A stretch of 64,000 nucleotides of DNA from positions 62,001-126,000 of the forward strand of contig CBFFRP010000241.1 of NCBI GenBank assembly GCA_965644295.1. Reading direction: 5' to 3'. The position numbers and the translations under genes are program-made. The DNA comes from Paraphysomonas bandaiensis. Its lineage: Eukaryota; Protista; Chrysophyceae. The notes under the pieces are model-generated. The model saw nothing but the letters and a program-made list of their open reading frames with translations. It did not search any database and was not told where the DNA came from. Of this stretch, positions 1 through 10,685 are shown piece by piece; the first letter of the stretch is position 1, and every line of letters begins with the position of its first letter.

Positions 1-2797
1 TAGATTTCAGAGCCTCGTCTTCGGACCGAACAAGCTCCTGAAGCTCCTCAAGGGAGAGCGCCTTGCCCGCCTGTGTAGCACCGGCAGGTCTGGCTGACGC
101 TGATGCGGAAGAGTCGTCTTCAATAGTAGAGACAGAAGCAGAAGTGGTAGAGGCAGAAGGTTCCTCAACATCTACAGGAGTACTGGTGAATTTGGGAGCT
201 GCTGCAGGAGATCTTGTCGCACGAGTGAACACAACAAATCCAACGACAGCAACGGCGGCTACAAGAGCAGCGTATCCAGCGAAGGCAACATAGGAAACAT
301 AATCAACCGACTCCTTAGAAGTTGATTCATAGTCTGTTGCAGAAGTGTCAGCGAAGTTAGTAACCATATCAGGCTTATCCATGGTAACCATATTGACTTC
401 CTTGGATCCAGAAATTTTCAAACCTACAAAGGAGACCGATGTCACACTGTGAAGTCCAGAATTAGTTTCCTCGCTCTGAAGAGATCCCAAAACTGCGGTA
501 ATCTTCTCCTGAAAGGTAGAGGTTATCTGAGCTTCGAATGCTTCCAATTGTTCAGCATCGGCGAAGTCAATACCAGTCGCCTTAGAACTAACACCCACAG
601 AGAGAGTAACCCAAGTACCACTACCCTGGGTTACTGCCTTTGTAACCTTAACATTTTCAGCAGACACGAAAGAAATAGCATCAGCTATGGCCTGGGCAAA
701 GTGGCCTTCCTCAACATTTCCGAAAGATGAAGATAACCCGATAATGTGCAAGTCTACTGAAAAGTATTCAACGATGTCAACAACATTAGCACAGTAGCCA
801 TCAGCGTTCGTAGTCGAAAGGATCTCGCAGTTTCCATTCTCAACTCGGAAGATCATTTGGGAAGCAGCTGCGATAGAGTTGACAGCCTTGCAATAGGTGA
901 AGGTGTGAGTATCAGAGTAAGGGGAGAGAGCGCCACCAACACGGAGAATATAATCACCATCAGGATAATCTTCCCAGCACTGCTTGCCAGTGAGCTCTCC
1001 TGGACACAGAGTACCAACTGATAGCAGTCGGTGTGCTTTGGAATCGGAGATATAGTAGCTGGTTCCCTTGTGCTGAGTGTCAAACCACACCTCGCCACTG
1101 GTCTCTAAGGTCAACCACTGCCATGTGAGATCAACATCAGTATCCAAAGTAGGTGCAGGAGAGATGGTCGGGGCCACGGTAGAGTCCTTGCCTTTAAGGG
1201 CACGAGTGGCAGTTGGTCTGCTCGGACAAGTTTTACAAGTGATGTTAGAGGGAAGAGTGTGCGCAACTTTGCGGTGAGTAAATTCGGCATTCTCAACGTC
1301 CCAATGAAAGTCAATCTCAGTGTCCCAGTTGCCAGTGTACCAGACACCAGTCTTCTCCTCATACACACGCCATACGATTTCCCAGAAAAACTTGGCCTTA
1401 ACAGCATCAGGAACAGAAAACTTGTAGAGACCACCATCACTCCTATCAGTAGGACAGTAGCGGAACTGAGTAGGATTATAATAATCGCATCGAACGCCAA
1501 AGTAGTCTTTTTCACCTCCAGGCACATCGACAGTAAGCTGCGCAGTATCCCAGCCGTCACCAAAGTGGTCCTCAATTGAAACAATTAGACAGTCCCACGA
1601 AGAGGCCTCGGTATAGAATTTATAGGCATCATCAGTGGATGTTAGTATGGTAGCACCATTGAGGTCAACACCATAAAGCTCGGTACCATCGACGGAAATC
1701 GTCTGCTGCAAAGACCACTTGCCGTAGACTTGTTCCCTCTCAAACACAAACAACTCAATATCAGCATTTCCAACAACCATTCTGTCACCCTCAAGAGACA
1801 AGTAGTTGCCGAAGTTATCATCTGCTGTCGGAGTCGGGGCCCAGAGAACTTGCTGAACAGACCACTGGACAGGAACAGGTTTGCCTTTAGGTTTCAAATT
1901 AAACCTAGCGGTATTGGGGTAAAATACAGACACGGATCCCGCTGCGGTAGCAGAGTTGTCATAATCAGCATCAGCTGCACCAATAACAATGGTCTCGTCG
2001 TACAAGTCCGCATCAGTCATGTTACTGGAGACAGCCAGCACCTGAAGGTGGTCCCAATCTTTACCCTTTTCCCTGAAAACGGCAACATTCCTTGACGAAG
2101 CAAGCTCACTGATGTCGTCACCGACATCTGCGATCAGAGTATTGCCTGAGATCTCGACATCTTGCTCACCCAATCTGAAATAGTCAGTAGAAGAAGTGGT
2201 CATAGAACTTGTTTGTCTCCAATTGTAAGCGTCAGGAGTAGAAGGCTCGTAGATGTAAACAGTTCCACCGCCGTGATGAGTACCATTGCAGTTCTTGCAT
2301 CCAACAGCTAGTCGACGAATGTTTTCGCGGTCAACATCAAGAGCTCTTCCGAAGTCAGATCGCTCATTGAACTCAGCAGGGGGAGTCAAAGTCTGACTCA
2401 ATGACCACCTGTTAAACTCACCACGATAGATGTATACGCTACCAGCATCAACAGTTGCTCCAGTAAGATCAACTTCACCAACAAAGAGCATGTTTCCGGT
2501 CACATGATCGCCTCTGAGCTGATGAGAGATTCCATAACCATTTGCAGCAGAGATACTAGCAGGGGATTCAATGGCACCGATAATGTCTGATGATACATCA
2601 TACGCTCCATCTTCAGTTTGAAAGTAATGGAAGTCAATGTCAGCGCCATCAAGATGAGTGACAGCAGCGAGCCCACGAACTTTATTCATTTGACTCATTC
2701 CAGCAGCTGTAGCCCCTTCAGCAGCAAATTCAAAGGTCCCTTCCACTAATGTGGACGACAATAATAGCGCAGAAGCACTGATAGCAGATTTCATCAT
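1..2797 (-). CDS. Large type-I membrane/surface protein with FG-GAP-like (integrin-alpha beta-propeller-like) repeats; 3' end lies outside the window
   Basis: Manual translation from ATG 2797 (MMKSAISASALLLSSTLVEG, signal peptide) is open for 932 codons to the window edge, so it is absent from the ORF track. It has repeats such as AGSVYIY..WSLSQTL, DFGRALDVD, NFGNYLSLEGDRMVVG, a DHFGDGWD motif and a TM helix (VAFAGYAALVAAVAVVGFVVF) near nt 300-230. Confidence 0.8.
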   Translation of the reverse strand, partial: MMKSAISASALLLSSTLVEGTFEFAAEGATAAGMSQMNKVRGLAAVTHLDGADIDFHYFQTEDGAYDVSSDIIGAIESPASISAANGYGISHQLRGDHVTGNMLFVGEVDLTGATVDAGSVYIYRGEFNRWSLSQTLTPPAEFNERSDFGRALDVDRENIRRLAVGCKNCNGTHHGGGTVYIYEPSTPDAYNWRQTSSMTTSSTDYFRLGEQDVEISGNTLIADVGDDISELASSRNVAVFREKGKDWDHLQVLAVSSNMTDADLYDETIVIGAADADYDNSATAAGSVSVFYPNTARFNLKPKGKPVPVQWSVQQVLWAPTPTADDNFGNYLSLEGDRMVVGNADIELFVFEREQVYGKWSLQQTISVDGTELYGVDLNGATILTSTDDAYKFYTEASSWDCLIVSIEDHFGDGWDTAQLTVDVPGGEKDYFGVRCDYYNPTQFRYCPTDRSDGGLYKFSVPDAVKAKFFWEIVWRVYEEKTGVWYTGNWDTEIDFHWDVENAEFTHRKVAHTLPSNITCKTCPSRPTATRALKGKDSTVAPTISPAPTLDTDVDLTWQWLTLETSGEVWFDTQHKGTSYYISDSKAHRLLSVGTLCPGELTGKQCWEDYPDGDYILRVGGALSPYSDTHTFTYCKAVNSIAAASQMIFRVENGNCEILSTTNADGYCANVVDIVEYFSVDLHIIGLSSSFGNVEEGHFAQAIADAISFVSAENVKVTKAVTQGSGTWVTLSVGVSSKATGIDFADAEQLEAFEAQITSTFQEKITAVLGSLQSEETNSGLHSVTSVSFVGLKISGSKEVNMVTMDKPDMVTNFADTSATDYESTSKESVDYVSYVAFAGYAALVAAVAVVGFVVFTRATRSPAAAPKFTSTPVDVEEPSASTTSASVSTIEDDSSASASARPAGATQAGKALSLEELQELVRSEDEALKS

Positions 2798-4370
2798 GTA
2801 CTTATATATATACAAGTACTAGATCTCAACTCTTAAGATTATGACTATGAATGAGACTTATACATACACAAACTCCCACATCTAAAAATTTTAGGGGTGG
2901 TGTGGATACCCCCCCCATACATACACCCTCGACCCCTAAAAACATTCATAGATGGATTGAATTTCCGTCATCTATCTATTATATATCTTGAATAGATTTT
3001 CAGTTTGGGTTTTGTAGTTTTTCGATGGAAAATAGAGGAAATATTGATGGAAATATTAGAAAATTCAAATTTTGTTACTTATTTATGTTATCTTTAAAGG
3101 GTTTTTCAGTTTTTTTTTGTAGTTTTTACGTTGTAACTATATGAAATCGTCTGTTTTACATATATACCCCCGGACCCCCCTACAACTTCAGAATTCCATT
3201 CAGATGTCCATGCAATCTTCAAGAGTCCTTTCAGTCTTTCAGTTTGTCCATGCAATCTTTAAGAGTCTTTCAGTTTGTTAATATAGATGGATATCTTCTA
3301 TAGATATCGGCAGTTTATGCATACATCTTTGGAGGTTGTGAAGCTAGAGGATACAACACAACTATGCATATAAAGAGTGAGATATAGTGATGGGAACCTC
3401 TCTGAAGCGTTATAACAACCAAAGCAAGCCTTAGAGAACTCTACTGTACTCAGTAGAGGACGTGACACTAGATTATGTCCCTCGATATGTTCATAGTCGC
3501 GTACTGTACTACGGAAGGGTTTCAACGTGATTCTCCACATCCACAGGGATACGGCGTGTAATACATTCATTACAGGTCAAGTTTGACAGCACTATCCATC
3601 GAAATGGATTAGATTGATGGTCTACTGTGACTGACACTCGTATACTCTACATGTTATAGTCGGGTAATGATAGGATTAGTAATAGGTATGCAGCTTCTAT
3701 TTCAGGTTCTATGAAACAATGATATAAAGAGAGATAAACCTCAATGAAAGGACGACAATCACAATGCCTAGTCGGAAGAAATTGTAATAGACACTATAAC
3801 AGCGGCACATACATTAGGGCTACTTGGCTGCAGTCAACGATATTACTACGTAAATGAAAGACACTAATAAAACTAAAGAAAAATATAAATATACAAATTT
3901 GATGTGAAATTTGATCATCTTATCTTGACCAATGCATCGTATTACATTATACCAGATGACTAAAACCCAGAAACACCAAGAATATTCTTATTTCTTTCCA
4001 TTTTCTTCTAAATTACTATGGAACTTTGATTATTATAGATCACATTGTGGAAGATGCTAGGTTATTCTATATGAGTTTTCAATTATTGTGTTCTCTTTAC
4101 GCCACATGTCATACCCATAATCGCATGCATCCCAACATATCAATGTAATGATGAATCCCTAAGCCCTTGATTGATACATATTGCCCCATTCCGAGAGCAC
4201 ACCCTAGTGAAGTGCTAGTGTTGACTAGTGACTAGGCTAAGTAACGTATAGATTGCTTATAAAATCTCAGCGTATTCTTTGAGTGTCGACACCAAGCAAG
4301 CTCTACCTAGATCTACACTATACTTGCTAGTGTATATGTGCTTACGTGAACCCCCTCACATACTAGGAAA

Positions 4371-4842
4371 TTGAAAGTCTTATTATTAGCAGTGGGCGTT
4401 AAAAACCTACACCAACTTAATAGCTAGATGAATGCTAGACAAACTAGTTAGACCTCTACCTCTAACTAATCAGTACACACCTTTTTTATCCTACTATTTA
4501 ACGCTACGGAAACTGCTTGTGCGTCGCCGCAAGCACCAAGGTGCTACCACTTCCTTAAGGTGAACATCCCGGATGATGCTTGACTTCAGCAGGCAGCCCA
4601 ATACCCCGGTTATCCTTCAGGTGGGCCCTGTCCCGGATGCCTGTTTATTCGTCAGGGCCCAAAGACATCTATACAAGTGACACTTATTGGTGTCCCTTGT
4701 ACCACACAAACATTCGGCTATGAGTGGGCAGAAGAATATCTGCTGACTATGTTTACGGCTCAGGTTAGTTTCCCGGAGAAATATCTCCGGTACTTATCCC
4801 CCAGAGCACCATGAAAAGGTGCGAGTCCGACTTTGTTGAGGG
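4371..4842 (-). repeat. Dispersed structured repeat family, copy A (possible non-LTR retroelement 3' UTR or SINE-like)
   Basis: Highly similar to 60081-60610; shares its core and 3' terminus with 12440-12810 and 20495-20762. Confidence 0.8.
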
Positions 4843-5456
4843 CGCATTCTAGGGAAGGGGAGAGCGGCCAATATCATACCACACCTATACTGAGTCATGC
4901 ATGGTCACGAGAAGATCCGCGTAATCTTTGTTAGGTAAAGGGAAGGTACGAAGGTATGCGAATTACATATATATAAATCCCGCCTAATCTTAGCAAAGGT
5001 GGAGCGCAACAGAGTCTGCGTGTGATCTATGTGGTAAGCTACGTTGGTACACGGGTAGTCGGGTGGTATACCAGCGAGCCTACACTATGGCCACGCCATC
5101 GGAATGGGACATATACACATAATACATATATACTAACTAAAAAGCTTTTGGTAAAATAAGCAGTGGCTACTATATGCTATAAATTGCATACACAAGATAC
5201 CAGTATCTTGAAAATTTCAATACGCTCTCTAACCTCTAACCGGCCGAATAATACATAAACCAATAGCACAATATGAACATACTAATCAGAAAAATGCAAC
5301 TCGATGTATTGTTCTTGTTCCTTAGCCCTACTGTAGAGGCATACTATGAGGTGCTGATGCCACAGCCTAACATACCACATGGTCCGCAAATTTATTTAGG
5401 GTATTCTTATTTATTATATGAATTTCACCTTTCAGCAAGATTGAATGTTCTCACAA

Positions 5457-6076
5457 CTACAGGTCATTCTCGGATGCAACAGCAGCTTTGAATGCTTCCC
5501 GCGCCTCAGATACAGGCTTACCACCTTGCTTGACCTTATGAATCTCTATTTCGAAAACCAAGGGTGTGTAAGGTGGTATGCGAGGAGGACTGCCACGCTC
5601 GCCATAAGCTAGGTCGTAAGGAATGTAGAGCTTCCACTTGTCGCCCTCGCCCATTAACTGCATTGCTTCTGTCCATCCCTGTAATATAGTAACATTAAAA
5701 AATCACAGTTATGGAATATAGCCAGACCTTAATCACTTGATTAGGGGCAAAAGAAGTTGTTCCTTGATCAAATCCTTTCCCATCGCGAAAAGTTCCTTTG
5801 TAAGTCACTTCACAAGTGTCAGATACACGTGGAGACTTTGCATTCGGGTCAGTCCCCTGGATAGAGACCGTTACATAACAAAAGTACACATCAATACTAC
5901 CAAACCTCTTTCAAAATCTCAACAAGCATGCCTGATTTGAGTGTTATAACTCCAGGTTCTTTGGATTTCTCATCTAAGAATTTCTTTCCGGTGCGCTTGT
6001 AGTACTTGTTCATATCAGCCGATGAGATTGCAAGCAATGCAAGCGTCAGTACGAAGATAAGGAGAGATTTTGTCAT
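5457..6076 (-). CDS. FKBP-type peptidyl-prolyl isomerase (Mip/FKBP_N type) with signal peptide; 3 exons
   Basis: Spliced: MTKSLLIFVLTLALLAISSA...GKKFLDEKSKEPGVITLKSGMLVEILKE / GTDPNAKSPRVSDTCEVTYKGTFRDGKGFD...PNQVIK / GWTEAMQLMGEGDKWKLYIPYDLAYGERGSPPRIPPYTPLVFEIE; two GT-AG introns. Confidence 0.93.
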
Positions 6077-6178
6077 TTCACCAGTTTTGTCTGTTAAAAG
6101 TTAATAGGAAAATATCTCTTGGGTGATGAGATCCATTGCTGCAACCCACACCCAGATTCCAGAAGCAACACCACAGCA

Positions 6179-6765
6179 ATGTATGTATGTATGTATGTAT
6201 GTATGTATGTATGTATGTATGTATGTATGTATGTATGTATGTATGTATGTATGTATGTATGTATGTATGTATGTATGTATGTATGTATGTATGTATGTAT
6301 GTATGTATGTATGTATGTATGTATGTATGTATGTATGTATGTATGTATGTATGTATGTATGTATGTATGTATGTATGTATGTATGTATGTATGTATGTAT
6401 GTATGTATGTATGTATGTATGTATGTATGTATGTATGTATGTATGTATGTATGTATGTATGTATGTATGTATGTATGTATGTATGTATGTATGTATGTAT
6501 GTATGTATGTATGTATGTATGTATGTATGTATGTATGTATGTATGTATGTATGTATGTATGTATGTATGTATGTATGTATGTATGTATGTATGTATGTAT
6601 GTATGAATGTATGTATGTATGTATGTATGTATGTATGTATGTATGTATGTATGTATGTATGTATGTATGTATGTATGTATGTATGTATGTATGTATGTAT
6701 GTATGTATGTATGTATGTATGTATGTATGTATGTATGTATGTATGTATGAATGTATGTATGTATG

Positions 6766-6797
<32 letters not shown>

Positions 6798-6866
6798 TGT
6801 ATGTATGTATGTATGTATGTATGTATGTATGTATGTATGTAGTATGTGTGTATGTATGTATGTATG

Positions 6867-6897
<31 letters not shown>

Positions 6898-6914
6898 GTA
6901 TGTATGTATGTATG

Positions 6915-6945
<31 letters not shown>

Positions 6946-6977
6946 GTATGTATGTATGTATGTATGTATATGTATAC
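6179..6977. repeat. (TATG)n microsatellite, about 800 bp
   Basis: Direct inspection. Confidence 0.99.
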
Positions 6978-7237
6978 ATGGGTCTGACTTCAGGATATTT
7001 CCAAGATATGTTCTACACAAGTCCTCTATACCATACATATTGTGAGGGAGAGCGGGTGTGAAAAAAACTTTTTTTTCTCTCTTCTTCAATCTTCTTTGAT
7101 CGCGATTACAAAACTTGCTCACCTACATTAAACAGTACCATAAACCCACAATTACCCATGATAAGCACTGCAAATCAAGGTGATTTCTTCTACAATGTGT
7201 TGAAGCAACCTTCTCTCACATGTTTGTCATTCGCAGC

Positions 7238-8910
7238 ATGTCATCAGACAGCCAAAACTCTGAAATAGAAGAAGGTCTGTGGGTGCGAGTAAAAATTGTC
7301 GCTTTGACTAAATTTCGAGAGGAAGCACAGGCATTCTCTGTAAATCGGTCCGAGTTAACTTCTTCGACAGACCAATTAACGATTTGGGTGAGAATTACTG
7401 CAATTACTGTTAAAGATGTTTTAATATAACATTGTTTTTAGATTCCAGGAGGTAATCTTTTTGAAGACGATAGTAATATCTGGCGTGTCAAAGGTCATGC
7501 ATTCTTGCATGCACTCGTTGAGGGCGTAGCGAGGCAAGCGTATAATCAAAAGTTATTGCCACCACTATCAGACTTCAACGACCAACTCAGGATAGACTTC
7601 AGCAGAGGTATTACTGTTCGAACTGCAACAAGTTCTGGTATCATTGGTAATTTCCACATGATCCCTCCCGATGGAGAATTGGACATACTAGACGCCAGAC
7701 AGATCACGATAGGAAGTGTTGTCGGGAAAACGCTTCCCACTATGTGGTGATTGCTGGTGTCCCGTTCCAAAATTGCCCAGACGATGTGATACTACAGAGA
7801 CAGCTCAGCTTTGTTGATTCTTCCCTTGCGCTTGTTAAACATAAACAGAATGATCTTCCCCTCTGTAAATACATGCACTCAAAATATTTCAAAGTTGGCC
7901 TGAATCATCGTCCAGGAAATGATATGAACACGTACTGGTCACCGGCAATGAAAGAAGCCATGACCGAGTGCAGTGAAGAGGGTCAAAGACTCTTCGAGCT
8001 TAATCCTCCAAAAAGTATGCAAAGTGGTATCCGTAAGCAGAGAGGATTTGGTCACGGTGGTCAATCAGGTCTTAAGCTTTCAACCGCCAGTGAACATGAT
8101 GCGGCGGACACATCGAGTCATTTGGAAGCACAAAGGAATCGCTTGCATATCGAGCGATGTCGTGCCAAAGCTTGGAGCAAGAAAGATTTGATTTCTGATA
8201 GCAAATTGAAAGATCTACTCGAGCTTCCCGAGGGCAAGAAAGTAAAGAGCTACTCGCAGTTAAGAACATACTTATGTGAATACTTTAGTACCCTAGAAGG
8301 TGAAGAACGTGCAGCTGAAGACCCGTTGGAGTATGACCCGACACTCGATACATGGGTTCTCAAGTTGGATTGGATGGGTCAAGGCTTCCCAAAATATAGT
8401 GACCTCAAGGGGGGTAATAAGCCAATACCTGCAGCCCGTGAAAATATCATATTCTCGTCGGTTCGAATAGGACCACACCCGCCACCACCACCGCCCCCTG
8501 CTCTACCAGCTCCTCCAGGTGTTCCAGCACAAGGTTGGCCTATCCCAATTGGTGTTCCCCCTGCTGGAAGTAGTGGCCCTTCTTTTGGTGTCCCTTTTCC
8601 CCTTCCACCAGACTGTGGACCATCGCCCTACGGGGTATACCCCCCTCCTATTTATCCAACTGGGGGTTTTCCTTTTCAGCAGCAGCTTCCTCCGTATTAC
8701 CCACAGGGATCTGCTCCTCGGCATTATCCGCATCACATGCTGTATGGCTACCCGCCAGAAAATTACCACGGCCACAGGGATTTTGATTATGCATCGCGTT
8801 ATCGCCAACAGCGATTTGCCTGGGGAGAAGGAATGCGAAAGGATGAGAGGGGTGAGTGGATAGCATATGAGGCCGAGTATGAAATTCCTTATCCTGCCGA
8901 CCCTTACTAA
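7238..8910 (+). CDS. Transposon-borne hypothetical protein (spliced; Pro/Tyr-rich C-terminus)
   Basis: ATG at the inner edge of the left TIR; a 54-nt GT-AG intron 7388-7441 joins MSSDSQ..LTIW to IPGGNLFEDD.. in frame. The junction to the 388-aa ORF (7744-8910) needs a second intron (candidate 7646-7702) or a frameshift. Confidence 0.65.
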
Positions 8911-9256
8911 ATAGAACAGATTGCAGTCAATCGTTATCTGCCGGGTCTCATTTATTTTTTATTTCGAATCTTGGTAATTTTTGGATGAATTTAACACATT
9001 CGAATCGAAATTTAGGTTTAGACTCACAAACCGATTTTCTTTTTTCTTCTTAGTATGCAACTGTATGAACTGATATTTTAAATTCTCCACAAACTTTTCA
9101 AAATTTTGTTTTTTTGATTTATTAATATTACTTGAATCTATTGCGTATAATTAATCATATTCTATCACGAAGTAGTAGCAAGCATATCACATTCAATCAT
9201 CAGTACATCTATATTAGTAACTAGTGAGTAGAGTATAGAGTATAATCTGCAAATGA

Positions 9257-10288
9257 TCAATAGTTACAGGCTTCGCACTGTTCTTTCCAAGTAACGGTAA
9301 TATCCACTCGATTGAATAAATTGCACGCAGTTTCGGCAGTACAGCATGACCACAAAGCTTCATGTAGTTGAGCTGCAAGTGGTTTATATGCGTACATAAT
9401 TCCCCACTTCTTTCTAATGTGCGCTTTGGCAAGATGGAATACGGGTTCAATTGGTGAAAAATCATAAGAATAAGGGGGGAGAAACACAACCATCACGCCG
9501 AATTCTGCACACATATTATAAATATCTATCTTCACGTGCGTCGAAGCATTATCCATGAGCAGCACACTGCGATCCCCAGGAAAAGGGTTCATGTGGGGAA
9601 AGATGTCATGTTCTAGGGCATCTAGAAATGTCTTATGATCAACATTTTCTTCGTGTACAGTAACAGCAAAAACTCCTTCGATAGACATTGCAGCAATGGC
9701 ACAACAACTAACTTGGGGATTGAAGTGGCCTATAACATCACCACTCACGAAGGCAGGGTAGCCATGTGGTGAACGCCCATATCGGCGTAGAACTTCTGCC
9801 GGCTTGAGATGTGATTCGTCCACAACAGCATAGCAGCGAGCTGGAATTTCATCCAATGATCGGGCCAAATTATTCTTATAGTAACGCCTCAAGCCCTCAT
9901 TTCTGTTGTGGGAAATTCTTTGACAAACTTTTACGGTATAGCCCTCAGTGTTCATGGCATGCTTCATTTGGTGCTCCAAGTACGCCACGCCGTACACATT
10001 AAAAACCTTTTCGCATAATTCTTCGTTGGAATAAGTTGAATTTTCTGCCAGCAACTCTTTAACAAAATTGATATGCTCGAGTGAAATGACAGTGTGGTGC
10101 GAATGGTGTGAAGACTCTGGTTTAACTGATCCAGTGTCCAGATATTTGTCCAACCACCTTCTAACTGTGCTTTGGGACACATCGTATTTCTCGTATATAT
10201 GATCTAGTGATGCGGCCACAGAATTTGTGATTTCCAGAGAGTGATCAAACACATCCAAAATTAAAAGACGGAAAGCCTCGGAATACAT
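9257..10288 (-). CDS. IS630/Tc1-family DD34E transposase, apparently intact (343 aa)
   Basis: HTH (VSQSTVRRWL), VVDES, LLMDNASTH, LPPYSYDFSPIE; 34 residues counted between the second D and E. Confidence 0.95.
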   Translation of the reverse strand: MYSEAFRLLILDVFDHSLEITNSVAASLDHIYEKYDVSQSTVRRWLDKYLDTGSVKPESSHHSHHTVISLEHINFVKELLAENSTYSNEELCEKVFNVYGVAYLEHQMKHAMNTEGYTVKVCQRISHNRNEGLRRYYKNNLARSLDEIPARCYAVVDESHLKPAEVLRRYGRSPHGYPAFVSGDVIGHFNPQVSCCAIAAMSIEGVFAVTVHEENVDHKTFLDALEHDIFPHMNPFPGDRSVLLMDNASTHVKIDIYNMCAEFGVMVVFLPPYSYDFSPIEPVFHLAKAHIRKKWGIMYAYKPLAAQLHEALWSCCTAETACNLFNRVDITVTWKEQCEACNY

Positions 10289-10685
10289 GTAAATATGGTG
10301 CTGCGAATGATAAACATGTGAGAGAAGGTTGCTTCAACACATTGTAGAAGAAATCACCTTGATTTGCAGTGCTTATCATGGGTAATTGTGGGTTTATGGT
10401 ACTGTTTAATGTAGGTGAGCAAGTTTTGTAATCGCGATCAAAGAAGATTGAAGAAGAGAGAAAAAAAAGTTTTTTTCACACCCGCTCTCCCTCACAATAC
10501 ACTACAGAGTAGCTGGCCCATCATGAGGAAGTATCTATGCACTTTCCTCCACAATGTCCTAATATCCGCCATCATATTCTTCTATGTAGGATATGCAGCA
10601 GTATTCGACAGACATACACACAGTAGTATCAGCACACACATCTCTCATACTTATAAGCAACCATCCAGATATACATACCCACACC

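Larger units (their letters stand above)
7040..10497 (-). mobile_element. IS630/Tc1/mariner DNA transposon with 199-bp TIRs, TA target duplication, transposase and a second convergent gene
   Basis: TIRs 7040-7238 and 10299-10497 (one mismatch seen); TA at 7038-7039 and 10498-10499; DD34E transposase inside. Confidence 0.95.

Noticed and set aside
63-2095. Short ORFs on both strands listed in the track
   Set aside because: Antisense or out-of-frame shadows of the long minus-strand CDS.
4520-4560. Group II intron (GTGCG start; bulged GNRA hairpin resembling domain V)
   Set aside because: GTGCG and the GNRA hairpin are on opposite strands; no AGC/CGC triad or domain VI.
6094-7122. Long HTYI/MYVC-repeat ORFs (also 29334-29877, 32887-33979, 53188-55129)
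   Set aside because: Artefacts of (CATA)n, which has no stop codon in any frame.
7744-8910. Fanzor/TnpB nuclease in the Tc1 element
   Set aside because: No RuvC D-E-D motifs or C-terminal zinc finger visible.
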